From: the human T2T-CHM13v2.0 reference genome, Homo sapiens
Direction: 5' to 3' (one strand)
NCBI RefSeq assembly: GCF_009914755.1
Contig: NC_060927.1
DNA length: 64,000 nt
Below the pieces are notes generated by a model. The model was not told the origin of the DNA. It ran no database searches and saw only the letters and a program-made list of their open reading frames with translations. Of the stretch, positions 40,178 to 53,389 are shown piece by piece; within the stretch, counting starts at the first letter, position 1, and each line of letters opens with the position of its first letter. The translations under genes were made by a program, and so were the position numbers.

Positions 40178-40470
40178 TAATTATGTGAATGTTTGTGTCC
40201 CACCAAAAATTGATAAGCTAAAAACTAATTGCCAATGTGGTTGTGATGATGTTAGCAGATGGGGCATTTGGGAGGTGATTAGGTCACCTGAGATGATTAG
40301 GTGACCTAAAGGTGGAACTTTCATATATATGGGGTTAGTGCCCTTATAAATTCACCAAGTGAGGATGTAGCTAGAAGGTTTCATCTATGAACCATGAAAT
40401 GGGCTCTTGTCAGACACCAAATCTGCCAGCACCTTGATGTTGGAATCCACAACCTTTAAAGCTGAAAGAA

Positions 40471-40512
<42 letters not shown>

Positions 40513-40715
40513 ACAATATATATACACACACAGGAAAACAAACAATATATATGAAATATGTATTTATATATAAATGTATATATAAATATACACATATACT
40601 GATATATAAACATACATATATGAAATATATATAGTTTATTTGCTTGTTTGTTTACAAGCTGCCAACTCAATGGTATTTTTATAGCAGTTTTGTTATAGCA
40701 AGGAAGGGCAAGGCA
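40178..40715 (+). mobile_element. MLT1A0-like LTR interrupted by a microsatellite
   Basis: GAATGTTTGTGTCCC, TTTGGGAGGTGATTAGGTCA, CAGACACCAAATCTGCCAGCACCTTGAT, TGGTATTTTTATAGCAG. Confidence 0.8.
40472..40632. repeat. (TG)19 followed by TA/CA-rich low-complexity sequence
   Basis: Perfect TG run 40472-40510, directly visible. Confidence 0.95.
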
Positions 40716-40749
40716 GCTCTAAACATGACCTTGTGTGTGTGTGTAATTA

Positions 40750-40945
40750 TTAAAGAGCACAGTTTTTGTGTCACAGAGCCATAGGCTTGTATCCTGTCTC
40801 TGCTAGTGTCTAGTTTGATTTTTTACTCAAGTTACTTAGATTCTCTAAAGTTTTCATTTCCCAGTCTGTAAAATTATAATATTTATTTTACAAATTGTTG
40901 CAAATATTAAATGTGAGGAAGTATGTGAAATTTTTAACATACTTC
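40750..40945 (+). mobile_element. MIR SINE
   Basis: CAAGTTACTTAGATTCTCTAAAGTTTTCATTTCCCAGTCTGTAAAAT core. Confidence 0.75.
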
Positions 40946-41969
40946 TCAGGGTATATGTTTGGTTGTAACGATTATTAATTGATCAATGATATTTCATTAT
41001 TGTATGAATCAGTCTAATAACTGAGGATAAATGAATATATTAGAAGAACACTTTGATACAGAAATAAAGAGAAAGAGAAAGCTATGGAGTAAAGCATAGG
41101 AATCATGGAATCCATAGACTTTTCTTAATATTTTCCACAATAATGATAATCTCTTTTGAAAATTTCATCTGCCTTTCATCCACATGTTATTCTGCTCAAG
41201 ATTCAATTTTCTGAGAGGAAGAGTATGATTGGTCTACTTGGGTCACATGCACTCTGCAAGGGAAAAGGGAAGGAGCATGCAGAGTGGTAGATCTCTGATG
41301 TACAGTTCCATAAATAACACAGGGGGTATGAAAATTACTCCACAAAGGAAAAGAAGAAAATTTTTTTTAAAAAACAGGGATATGAGAGACTGGTTGGAAC
41401 CACAGATATCTATTATATCCACCCCTTGTTTGTTTACAATTAAAAAAATACACTGACACAGAAATAACTCTTTTCCTCACTACAGTTTTAAAATTTTAAA
41501 ATGCTCCCACTCTCCCCAATTTATATAATTGTTTTATTGTGCCTGCATGTATACACACACCCATAAATGCACTCTGCTTATCTTATTTCTACAGGGTGAC
41601 AGCCTAAATCCATTGACAATCCCTTCACCTTGGGTGATGCCTTGGGTGATTTTCTTACGGTATGTTGTAATGCAATGTAATAGTCTATAAACTGTAGACA
41701 TAAATTTATCTACCTAAAATACACTTTATATACTAGTAGAAATAAGATTAGTTGAAAATCAGTGCCACGCATAATTAAAAATATATTTGGATTATGAAGT
41801 GAAGGTATGAATCTTTTTTCTGCAACTGGTTCCCAAGCTATAATTGATTTTTTTCATATGGTATAGATCAATACATTCATTAAGCCACTTTTGGGCGTTA
41901 GCTTCCTCCAGAGTCTGAAAAAAAAAAACAACCCACCCAACAAACATTCAAACAACCAACTAACAAACC

Positions 41970-42690
41970 AAATTCACTTCTCAGATGACCTTGTAACTAG
42001 GTTTTGGGTTATGATTTAATTTCCACCAATTGTAGCACTTGTGTGAAATGCCAATCTTGCGTGAAGTTTAAAAGGTAAAATTGAGTTGGAAATGCCTTTC
42101 TACTGGTTCTCCTGACATGCTGTTCATGTCAGTCATGGAGATGCTGTGTTTTCTAGTGTCAGCATGCAAAGGGGAGGTTCATGTGTTCCTTGATTGATTA
42201 CCCTCGCGGATTCAGCAGTTGACATTGTTGTTGCATCAACAGTTGCAGGAATGATAGTAGTTTCTGTTTATCTAAATTGAAGTTAAGGGAATTGAACGAT
42301 GAGAACACATGGACACAGGAAGGGGAACATCACATACTGGGGCCTGTTGTGGGATAGGGGGAGCGGGGAGGGAAAGCATTAGGAGACATACCTAATGTAA
42401 ATGATGAGTTAATGGGTGCAGCACACAAACATGGCACATGTATACATATGTAACAAACCTGCATGTTGTGCACAGGTACCCTAGAACTTAAAGTATAATT
42501 AAAAAAAAAAAATCCTATGTTCCTGATTATAATCATCTCAAATGCTGTTTCTTGATTTCCCTACCTCACTGATTGTGGCAGAGGTAACAACTTTCTGAAC
42601 CAGGTCTATAAGTTTATTTATGCTTTTTCACTGAGAGTGTGAACCAAACCTTTTCAAAGTAATCTTTGTAATCTAACTATAACATTGGAC
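41970..42690 (-). mobile_element. LTR33-like ERVL LTR interrupted by L1
   Basis: CCTTGTAACTAGGTTTTGGGTTATGATTTAATTTCCACCAAT and CTGATTGTGGCAGAGGTAAC. Confidence 0.55.
42287..42512 (+). mobile_element. L1PA4-like 3' end
   Basis: GGGAATTGAAC...GTACCCTAGAACTTAAAGTATAAT plus A tail. Confidence 0.9.
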
Positions 42691-42812
42691 ATTGTACAGA
42701 AAAGACGGCATCCCGGTCACCTGGGTTCCAACTGTACTTTTCTAGGTTTCTACCTAATGGTAGTTATCTTACTGTTCTTTATTACTGTTTCATTACTACA
42801 AAATACTCCATC

Positions 42813-43164
42813 TGTATTAGTTCATTCTCATGCTGCTAATAAAAACATACCTGAGACTGGGTAATTTATAAAGGAAAGAGGTTCAATTGACTCACAGTTC
42901 AGCACGGCTGGGAGGCCTTAGGAAACTTACAAGCATGGCAGAAGGGGGAGCAAACACGTCTTTCTTGACATGGTGGCAGCAAGGAGAAGAAGAATGAGAC
43001 TCCAGTGAAGGGGGAAGCCCCTTATAAAACCATCAGATCTCATGGGGACAAATTCACTATGACAAGAACAGGATGGGAGAACTGCCCCATGATTTAATTA
43101 TCTCCACTTATGAGAACTACAATTCAAGATGAGATTTGGGTGGGGACACAGCCAAACCATATCA
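42813..43164 (-). mobile_element. THE1D-like solo LTR
   Basis: TGTATTAG...CAAACCATATCA on the + strand. TSD CCATC/CCAAC. Confidence 0.92.
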
Positions 43165-43515
43165 CCAACCAACAATGAAATATCTTTTTCTCCCTATTGT
43201 TTAGTGTTGCACATAGCACGTAGTGACCAGCTCTTAGATCCCTAACCATTGGAGCTATTGTTGGGTCCACTAGTAGAAAGTGTTTATGTCTTGGACAATA
43301 AAAATCTAAAAATCTGTAGAATCTGAGGTCCTTGGAAAAATTAACAATATTATGGAGGTATATATTTGAGTATAAACCTGAAGTCACCACCAACCCCAAA
43401 CATTGGTTCTGGGACCCATTCATTCTATCTATAGGAAAAACTGCATTGTTAATTGTCATTTGAATCAAATCACAATGGATAAATTTGTGTCATTACACAA
43501 TTTAGTAAAATTAAC

Positions 43516-43873
43516 TGATATGGTTTGGCTGTGTCCCCACCCAAATCTCATCTTGAATTGTAGCTCCCATAATCCTGTGTCATGGGAGGGTAATTGAATC
43601 ATGGGGCAGTTACTCCTATCCTACTCTTCTTGTGATAGTGAGTTCTCACAAGATCTGATGGTTTTATAAGGGGCTTTTCCTCCTTTTGCTTGGAGCTTCT
43701 CCTTGCTTCAGCCATATGAAGAAGGATGTGTTTGCTTCCCCTTTCACCATGAATGTAAGTTTCCTGAGGCCTCCCCAGCCATGATGAACTTTGAGTCAAT
43801 TAAACCTCTTTTCTTTTTAAATTACCCAGTCTTGGGTATGTTTTATTTAGCAGTGTGAGAACAGACTAATACA
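43516..43873 (+). mobile_element. THE1D-like solo LTR
   Basis: TGATATGG...GACTAATACA termini. Perfect TSD TTAAC at 43511-43515 and 43874-43878. Confidence 0.93.
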
Positions 43874-45162
43874 TTAACTTTATTTAGATGATAAAGTAGA
43901 CAGTACTAGAGAATCCAAAGGGGATAAGGGTGTTGCTTCAGTTTTTCCATTGGAAAATCTATCTGAGTGAAGTCAAAATTATATAAGAGAACAGGAGAGC
44001 ATATGAGGTATCTAGTAAATTCATTAGTAGAGGTGCCGACAAAAGCATTTAGAGGCAGATGAAGTACATCATTGCCAGAATAAGGTCTATTTTAGGAAAG
44101 AAAACTAACTTCAACTTTTAATATAAAAGGTATTAATACGTAGGATAGTAGCTTGCCTTCAGAATGGTCTCTTAAAGACATGGTGCCATATCGAGACTGT
44201 AAGTTTTTTTTTTTAACTTATTTTTCACTGCTGGAAATATACACTGTAAATCAGAGTAGTCAGGTCAGTCCCAGTGAGTAGAAATCCCTTAAAAACCCAC
44301 ATCTCTGCCATCTTGGACACTTTTAAGAGCCCATAAAACATGCACTGAGCTGGATGGCAAGAGTACTGATTCTTCATTTATGGAGTAGATCATTTTATCC
44401 CTTTGATTGTTAAGAATCTCTAATACAGAGGGGATTTAAAAATAAGCTTTTAAAAGGAATATGAATATCCTCATTCTCTGAGCCCATTCCAAAGGGGTAC
44501 ATTTCTCATCCACTCCATCTTCTGGCAAGCAAAATGAGGCCCAGTACAATAATAAATTGTTTACACTCAACTTGTGCTTATCTGCTTATTCTAGAGAAAT
44601 TAAATGCCAAGAAGTTTAGGAGAGTGAGATTCTATAATTGGGAATTAGCTTGGATTTCTCAAAGTGTGAATTGGGCCAAAAACATTTTTGAGGTTCTGTT
44701 TGACCTGAAATGTAAGTATGTAGAAACTGGAAATTCTAGCTAAATAAGTAAAGATGAAATATAAGCACAACAATCTCAACGATAAACTTATGTCTCATTA
44801 ACTTTGGTGGAGATAAATTTCCTGATAGCTTTCTTTATTTAATTCATAGTTTCACAAAACATCTTAAGGAGATATTTCTTTTGCAATGTAGACATTAATT
44901 CTAGAAGGGGTAAGGGTGGAGAGATAAGCTACTCAACTGAAATTTTTCTTATGTTTAAAAAATAATAATTATATTTACACAAATAAACTCACAAAACAAA
45001 AGTGACAGACGGTTAAAAAAGAATTAAAGCAGCACAGTAAATAGATCTATTTCAAGGATTTATAGAATGTATTTTTAGCACACTTTGATGAAATATATAT
45101 AAAATTGGTGATATAATTTTAAATAGATTTCCACTTACCTTGGAAAATATAACAAACATGTA

Positions 45163-45446
45163 CAATTGACACTCTGCATCCACTGATTGTGAATTCTCAG
45201 ATTCAACAAACTGTGGATTAAAAATACTTTAAAAATAAAATTAAAAACCATAAAAATAATTTAAATAAGAAACAATATAGTATAACAATTACTTATGTAA
45301 CATTTACATTAAATTCGGTATCATGAGTTTCTAGAGATAATTTAAAGTACATATATGGGAGGATGTTTGTAGGTTATATTCAAATATGATTCCATTTTGT
45401 TGGGGGTTCCTGGAATCAATCCCCCTCAGATACTGAGGAACTACTG
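45163..45446 (+). mobile_element. Tigger3a/MER7-like Tc1-mariner non-autonomous element
   Basis: TA target duplication on both sides. Degenerate TIRs CAATTGACACTCTGCATCC / CAGATACTGAGGAACTACTG. Confidence 0.85.
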
Positions 45447-46934
45447 TAGTGTGAAATTTGTTGGATTTAGTAGTAAATAACTCTCCATTTGAACTTAGTG
45501 CACATTCTTGGTTCTGATCATTTTAATATGTCAGTGTGATAGGGAATTTTAGAAGAGCTTAGAGTGTTTCTTTATCCTTAAAAATGAAAGTCTGTTTATT
45601 CCCTTCAAAGGAAAACTTTTCTTGCTACCTAGCCAGTGGAAAAAATATTCTTAAATCAATGTGTTTCTTATATTTTTAAGGAGGTATTTCTGCAGGCTCC
45701 ATAAGATCTTTAGTAGGAGAGGATTTTATAACCATGATGTATAAATGTTTGTAGTTGAGGGTTGTGTAACTTGCAGCATAACTTAAATCTCTTGAGGTCT
45801 TTGTCTGAAGCCTACACAGTGGGCTTTCAGACTTTGTCTGAAAGTCCTACAATGACTTTGTTTTGTTTGGCCTTTTGAAGTGTATTTTCAATGACCCAAT
45901 ATGTCCTTGATAGTAAGCCAGTATGTTATATCCCTCCAATTAAGCTTTACATTTAGCAGGGAAGGAGGGAGGCCAAATATGAATATTGGCCTGTCCAAAC
46001 TTTGATCCTTAAGATTACTTTTTTTCGTTTTCAGCAGTAATACACACTTGACTGTTGTCTTACATGTTGGGTACCGACTGAGGTACTTTCCAACTAGTAA
46101 GGTAGTATTTGTCACTATAAATTAAATGGTCGAAATGAATATTTAAAGTACATCAAATATATTACATATACTTCGTTATTCTTATGAATTGTTTTAAGGT
46201 TGGGATTTAGCACACAGAAAACACTTTGCAAACTCTTTAACTTCTAATGAAGGAGACTTCTGATGGGATGCTGAGTAGAATCGAGAACATGCCCCCATCC
46301 CTACCAAGTTTCATACTTAAAAGTTCAAACATACAGCATTGAAATTAAAATATATATCAAAGAGAAGATATAACTGTAAAAAAAGAGAAAAGGAGAGGAG
46401 AAGGGGAAATCTTCAGGCACTTAAAGGGATTCCTAGCTGTGGCAGTAAAATGGAGTTGAAGCTGTATGGCTCACAGGGGAACAGGGGCCAGAACAGACCT
46501 GAGAGCCTGCGATATTGTTCTTGAGGGATCCAGAGTTGTAATTTGAAGCCTTGCTATGACAGAACTGTATCTGATCTCCCTTAATAAAGTCAACAGCTTA
46601 GAAAGAAATGCATACTCACTGAAATTTCCAACTGCTGGTTAAATTGTACCTATGAGAAAAATTGGACCTGAGCTATGACCAACCATTCAGGAGAGTGAGT
46701 TTCAGTTTCACAATACCTGTGTAACTGACTTGAAACTCTTCGGTCAGATGGGATGGATTCATCCCTCATGCATGTGGATTGTTTGTTTCTTTGGGTATTT
46801 TATCTTTATTTACAGCTTCCTCTTTGTTTTAAACCTAAAGAGTACTGATGAGCAATGTAAGGGGACTATCCGGGAAAAGTATACCACTCAAAATACAGTA
46901 AGAGTAATGATCATCGCTAAGTAGAGCAAGATCT

Positions 46935-47210
46935 TTGCTCTGAAACCATCTTCTCATAGAGATCTTTCCTCGCTGCCCTATATAACACAATGCACAGCCA
47001 CATTACCATGTGTTATTTTTCTGTTTATCCCTCATATACATCTGATATATCAAACATTTGTTTATTTGTTGTCTGTTTTTTTAATATTCTATTGAATATA
47101 AGCTTTGTCTTTATCTATCAGGGTTATTTGTACGTTGCTACATATCCAGAATGCAGAAACCATTTCTGGAAACTAGAATGCACTTAATAAATCTTTGCTA
47201 AAATTATTGA
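46935..47210 (+). mobile_element. L2 3' end
   Basis: TTTGTTTATTTGTTGTCTG...TGAATATAAGCT...GCACTTAATAAATCTTTGCT. Confidence 0.7.
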
Positions 47211-48314
47211 AGGCAAGTTTGATCTTAATTTGACAATAAATATAATAAACATTGCCCATCAATTTAAATATGAATAATTTGAGTCTGAGGACAAGATAAT
47301 ACTGAAAATTTATAGCTCAATATAGTGTTTTCTACATAACTTATTTTATGTTCTTTGCTAATCAGAAAATGACAAGACTCAGACAGAGAATGGAACTGAA
47401 AAATTACAAAATATTTAAAATGAAATTAGCTTTTTACTGGCCACTGTTAAGTATTCACTACCAAGTATGAATTCTCATGTCAAGCTGAGAGTTGAGAATG
47501 GTCAAGAAATGCAGGTGAGAAGATTTTGCTAAGGAAAGAATATCTTAAGTGCCAATGTCCAAAATTACATCACAGCTTGCTAAGGGCAGAGCATATGTAT
47601 CTGTTGGTGATATCCAGTTTTAAGCCCAGTCCACCTGATGATAGCATCCATGTTTGGAGTCAATTTATCAAGCAAATATCTTGGTAGATGTCTACCTAAC
47701 TCACCTCACTGATGTATTAAAGCAGTATGTAAAGTAGCTAAAGATGGTATGATACAGCAGCAAAATTTCATAATAAAAAAACAGTATTTTTTCTACTAAT
47801 ATATTATAATATAGAGGAGAAACCAGAAAATCAGAAGAAACAACAAAACATCTCAAATACAAAGAACCACAAAAATTGGACACATTAATTATGATTGTGA
47901 TCACTCTTTACATTGTACCTAACTTTACAAGAACACAAATAATTGGTCAGAACCACCATGAAGCTTTTCACATTTTTTGTTGCTTGTAATTGTGTATTGC
48001 TCTCTTCTGATCTTCTAAACTATACCCACTAAGAATATATTATCACCTTGCCACAAGACATTTTACTAGCACCTAGTCTTTTCCATGAATGTGTTGCTCA
48101 GTTTATACTTGAAAACAATGTGATTAGTCACAATGTACATAATTTTTATAGGTTTGATTAGGCTTAAGATACAAGATTAAAAAGATTTCTCTAAATTTTT
48201 CATCATATAATGAATTTTTAGTAACAACTTATACAGTATTTGAGTTCTTAATACTTGTATTTACCAATTACTTTAATTTTTTTCTTAGTTATACTGACTT
48301 CACATTGTTCCTTT

Positions 48315-48621
48315 ATTTATTTTTATTTATTTGTTTGTTTGAAATGGAGTCTTGCTCTGTCGCCCAGGTTGGAGTGCAGTGGCACGATCTCGGCTCACTC
48401 CAAGCTCCGCCTCCTGTATTCACTTCATTCTCCTGCCTCAGCCTCCCAAGTAGCTGGGACTACTGGTACCCACCACCACGCCCGGCTAATTTTTTGTATT
48501 TTTAGTAGAGACGGGTTTCCTCCATGTTAGCCAGGATAGTCTTAATCTCCTGAACTCGTGATCTGCCTGCCTTGGTCTCTCAAAGTGCTGGGATTACAGG
48601 CGTGAGCCACCTAGCCCGGCC
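48315..48621 (-). mobile_element. AluY-like
   Basis: CAAGCTCCGCCTCC and GTTAGCCAGGAT diagnostics. TSD TG(T/C)TCCTTT at 48306-48314 and 48622-48630. Confidence 0.92.
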
Positions 48622-49029
48622 TGCTCCTTTTTTAATTGTTGCTTTTGTTTAATTTTGACATCTATTTTATGTCATTATCCCTAGTGGAGATTTCCATGGC
48701 TACGTTCACATCTAATGATGATTCTTCTGAGGTTGCTTCTTCCTTTTCTTCCTCCTCTTCTTCTTTGCTTCAAAGCATCCATATTATTCAGATGCATAAC
48801 CCACTTAGTTTTTGCAAGCCAACCTCCTACATAACACTTGTTTGAAGTATCTATATTTTTATTGAGTTTAACTTAAGGTTCATGATCAATTATCTTTGAT
48901 TTTATGCAAAATATTATGTAAGACTGAACTATAATGAAAGAAAGATCAAAGTATTATCTCTAAATAATTTTTCCCAGGTTTCTCTGGATCCTGAACCTGA
49001 AGTTTTATATCCCAGAATTGTTGAGTCTC

Positions 49030-49181
49030 AGAGTCTCGACACCAGAATCATCCAACAAATCTCTTTGACCACGAAGTGTCCTGGGCCTTATCATTGGCCT
49101 GCTGATTTGATCTCTGGAGAGAGGGGCCTACATCTAAGCTCCTACAGTGATTTTAGTGCACACTATATTTTGAGAACCAAT
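49030..49181. mobile_element. MER5-like hAT-Charlie fragment
   Basis: CAGAATCATC...GTGATTTTAGTGCACACTATATTTTGAGAACCAATG end motif. Confidence 0.55.
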
Positions 49182-50507
49182 GAGTCCAGGAGCTCTAGAA
49201 ACTTCACATATAGAAGAATATGTGAAAAGATTTCACATATTGTATTTGTATAACCATTTGTATTATGGTTATAATTAGATTTTTTATTTGCCTTTTAAGG
49301 GTCTTTAATGTAAGTAAAATTGAGTAAAGAGGTACATGTTTAGCCTTCACAGTCTACCATAGTAGCACAATAATTCAAGTCCCAACTAGGTATGTAGATA
49401 CCACATAACACAAGCTGAAATTTGCCATCTTATGACAAGGAGATTCTTATTTTTAGATAAATATATACCAATTAATTCTGTTGGTAGAGGAGCTAAAAAT
49501 TGTATTATCTATAAGCCTGGCATAAGAGAGCTGTATGATGATTTACTGATACAATATTTCTAGATATTATACAGAATATTGTATTTCTAGAAAATATACA
49601 ATAATTCTAGATATTACAAGTAGTATCACTAAGAATAGGAAGCATTCATGGATGGTAATTTATTGTTAGTAGGTATTTCCTTTGTAAATAATTGTTTCAG
49701 TATATTTAAATCTCACAAGAAAACTTTTATGTATGGAATAAATATTTCACAGAGGAAAACAGAGTGTGTAGCAAAGTTCTGAGTTTTAAAATTTTACACA
49801 TTTCATCGATTCAGTATTTCTGTCTTTTTGGGAGGGTGGGGTGGCAGAATTAAAAACATCAAGATTTGACTTTGGAAATGGGAGGCTATTGTTATTTATT
49901 CATAACTGAAGGAATCTCACAAATTATGGTCATTGAAAGTGGCTTTGAAATGTGCCTTGGAGGTTTAGCTCCCTCTTAGAGGAATTAATTCCTTATTCTT
50001 TCACACAGGACTGTGGGGGCATGAAATTTAGCCATTCATTTTGAGGCTATTCATTAAATGTGTGTGTTGTCATGACATTATATGATAGAGGTGGTTGAAT
50101 TTATAATCTTTCTTATCTGCATATGATTTTCAGAATGTCAAGAAGGATTATTCTGAGGATGTACCTGTGGTCATAGCCACTAACCAAATGCGGGGGAAGT
50201 GTGGGTACAAACTCTAAATGCATGCGCATATTTCTTGGGAGCCCTCAAATACTCAATTAAAGATAAGTATAGAAAATATTTTATTTCTCTTGTTATAGGT
50301 TTACCATAGTGTGAAGGCTTTTGAAGAGGAGCAGGAAGAATGGATGGCAGAGCATTATTTTAGCCTTTGCCTCCTATTAAAATATGTATTGACTCTCTGA
50401 ATAGTGCTTGTATAATATACAAATCAAATAAGTTTTTTGAACCTTAGTAAACACATTTTTGATGAACAGGTATGAAATATATCATGCAGATCTAAAATGT
50501 GTAGTGT

Positions 50508-51199
50508 ACTAGTCAGAAAGGCACTTATTAAAAAGTCAAAAAATAATAGATGTTGGAGAGGTTGTGGAGAAAATGGAACATGTATCCACTGTTAGTGAGA
50601 AGTAAATTAGTTCAACTATTGTGGAACGCAATTTGGAGATTTATCAAAGATCTTAAAAAAGAACCAGCAATCTCACTAGTGGTTATATACCCAAAGAAAA
50701 ACAAATTATCATACCAAAAGACACATGCACACATATGCTAATTGCCGCATTATTCACAATAGCAAAGATATGGAATCAACCTAGATGTCCATCAATGGTG
50801 GACTAGATAAAGAAAATGTGGTATAGGTACATAATAGAATACTATGCAGCCAAAAAAGAGAAGAAAATCATGTCTTTTGTAACAACACAGATGCAGCTGG
50901 AGGCCATAATCTAAGCAAATTACTGCAGGAACAGAAAACCAAGTACTACCTGTTCTCACTTATAAATGGGAACAAAATATTGAGTACACATAGACACAAA
51001 GATGAGAACAGGCACTGGGGACTACCAGATGGGGGAGGATGAAAGGAGGGCAAGGGTTGAAAAACTAACTATTTGGTACTATGCCCACTCCGTGGGTGAT
51101 GGGATCATGTATACAACAAATCTCAGTAACATGCAATTTATCGATATAACAATCCTGCACAAATACATCCGGACCTAAAATAAAAATCAAAAGAAAAAT
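50508..51199 (+). mobile_element. 5'-truncated L1 (L1PA17/L1PB-like)
   Basis: ORF2 end plus 3'UTR (GGGTGATGGGATCAT). TSD AAA(T/C)GTG(T/C)AGTGT at 50495-50507 and 51200-51212. Confidence 0.88.
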
Positions 51200-51619
51200 A
51201 AACGTGCAGTGTGAAGATCAGAAAAAGTCTAAAGTAACTTAAAACATGTGAATTGGAGAATCAAAGTCTAGCCAAAGTTGGAATTTACACTGTAGTTGAG
51301 TGAAAGAAATACATAAGATCTTAGCACTTTGCAAATGTCAGTGAGGGCATTGGATGTGGGATGACTGACATCAGAGTTACACTATCAAAAATGTTAATAA
51401 CCTTGCTATTTAATAATTTTAGTCATACAGACTTGAAATAAATTATTTTATGACATATAAACTTTATAAATTATTTTACAACAGATACGCATAATGGTTT
51501 ACAAGAGATATAGATGTTTTTATAATAAACAAGTAGCAAATATACACTAAAGCCAACATTCTGCTACTCAGGACTTTAAATTTACCCTCTCCCTTATTTT
51601 AAATGCACTGTTACCATGC

Positions 51620-51724
51620 ACGATGAATTTCATAGAAAAAATATGGTACATGTACATCTTGGAATACTATGCAGCCATGAAAAGGAACAAAAGCATGTCC
51701 TTTGTAGCAACATGGATGCGGTTG
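51620..51724 (+). mobile_element. Short internal L1P fragment lacking 3'UTR and tail
   Basis: GGAATACTATGCAGCCAT...ATGTCCTTTGTAGCAACATGGATGC. Confidence 0.8.
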
Positions 51725-52584
51725 TGAGGGCCAAATGTTTTAGTAAGAGAACTTGATGAGGTTTACAAGAATGAGATACTCATATGATCTGTAAAATTAT
51801 TCAATCCTACCTTGGTCTCATTTGCACTGATGGTTGGGAATTATCTGACTAGCTCATATTTTGAACACAGGGGTACAGGAGTCTCTTAAGCACACACAGA
51901 GAAAATAAAATTGCAGTCAAGGAAGATAATGAAGGCATTGCTCTACACAATTTAAGCATGTGTTGAGAGAGCAAATTCCATTCACTCTCTTGAATAATTT
52001 CCAGTGTCGTGTGTGCCTGCTTTATTTTTGTCATTAGCATTTAAAAATATTACATTCATCTAATAATCTAAGGTAAGTCTCTTAAGGTAACCTATATGTC
52101 CACGATTTTTTAAGTAATAACATTACTTTATATACTGCAAACTTATCCCTTTACTTTTATAATTTATTTGTAGTTAATCTTTGGGGCACTTTTATACCAT
52201 GACTGACTTTTTTTTTGTTTCTTTTAAACACAATTTGTTCCCTTTTACTCTGAAAGAAAAAATAACCCTCATGAACTCTCCACTATTCTAAAATTTCAGT
52301 TTAACCTCCAAGTAGAGCATGCATTAAAAGACTAAATAGCTAAAATCAAATTATTATTTAGCATTCTGAATTTATTTTATGTTAGAGAAAAATTAAGCCA
52401 TGAGTGTCACAATGATAAAAGACTTTCCACAGAATTCATATAATTGAGTAAAAATGAACTTCAATAATATATTTTAAATGCTATTTTTTAAAGTTTCCTC
52501 TCATGAAGGAACCATTTAAAATAAGGATTAATTGATATATGTAGCTATTCAAGAAACATAAAATCTTAAAAAAAGGCACCTGCT

Positions 52585-52716
52585 GCGAGACGTGGTGGTG
52601 GACTTTTTTATTCCCAGCTGCTTGGAAGGCTGAAGTAGGATGATTGCTTGAGTTCACGAGTTCAAGTTCAGACTGGGCAACATAGGAAGACTCCATCTCT
52701 AAAAAATAAGAAAAAA
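52585..52716 (+). mobile_element. Free Alu monomer (FLAM_A-like)
   Basis: TCCCAGCTGCTTGGAAGGCTGA...TTGCTTGAG...CTGGGCAACATAG...CATCTCTAAAAAA. Confidence 0.8.
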
Positions 52717-53389
52717 GCAAATGCATGTACTGTTATGTCTATAAAAAATTGAGAGACAAAAATGCTGAATATTTAAAATGTAGTTCTTATGTTTAAGTGA
52801 ATGTTTATTCCTTTCATTTTAGAAATACTTATTAGATATATGTAGGAGGTCAACTACTGAAATGAAAGGAAAATAAAGCTGTCACTCACTACTTATTTAC
52901 TTTTAGGTTTTAGATATTTTAAATCTTGTTTTGTCTTTTAAAATATAAAGAAAACAAGAGGAAATAACTATAACCAAATTTGTTATTTATTAGAGATTGT
53001 GCTAGAAGTTTTGAAATATACTGTCATTAAATCTCTAAAATAATCAAATATGGTGCAAATAGACACATTTCTAATTTAAAATAATGAGGTTTCAAAGAAT
53101 TATATGTCTTTGAAGACACATAGCAAGTGTGTGATAAATTTAGAAGAGCATATAGGATATATATAATATAGAAGAATAATAATAAACATGATGACTCAAA
53201 TGAAATAATGCATATAACATTTTTAGTAGTCCTTGTCACAGAGTAGTCACATAAAAATATATTCCCTTGCTGTGGTTCTAATACAAAAGTACATAAAGCA
53301 GAAGGCAAATTTTCTAGAAGCAAAGTTTGGTTTGCCTGGATTCATAGCTTACTTCGTTTACTAGCTAAACAAATTATTCATAAAAGTAT

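Larger units (their letters stand above)
41190..44530 (-). mobile_element. Fragmented old MLT1 LTR plus MaLR/ERVL internal sequence hosting later insertions
   Basis: LTR-like 41190-41420 (TGATTGGTCTACTTGGGTCACATGC). Internal-like segments near 42700-42760, 43250-43430 and 44330-44520. Low similarity. Confidence 0.4.

Noticed and set aside
45130-45160. Minus-strand TTTTCCAAG|GTAAGT resembling a recursive splice site
   Set aside because: The acceptor is AAG with a short pyrimidine tract that abuts a Tigger insertion.
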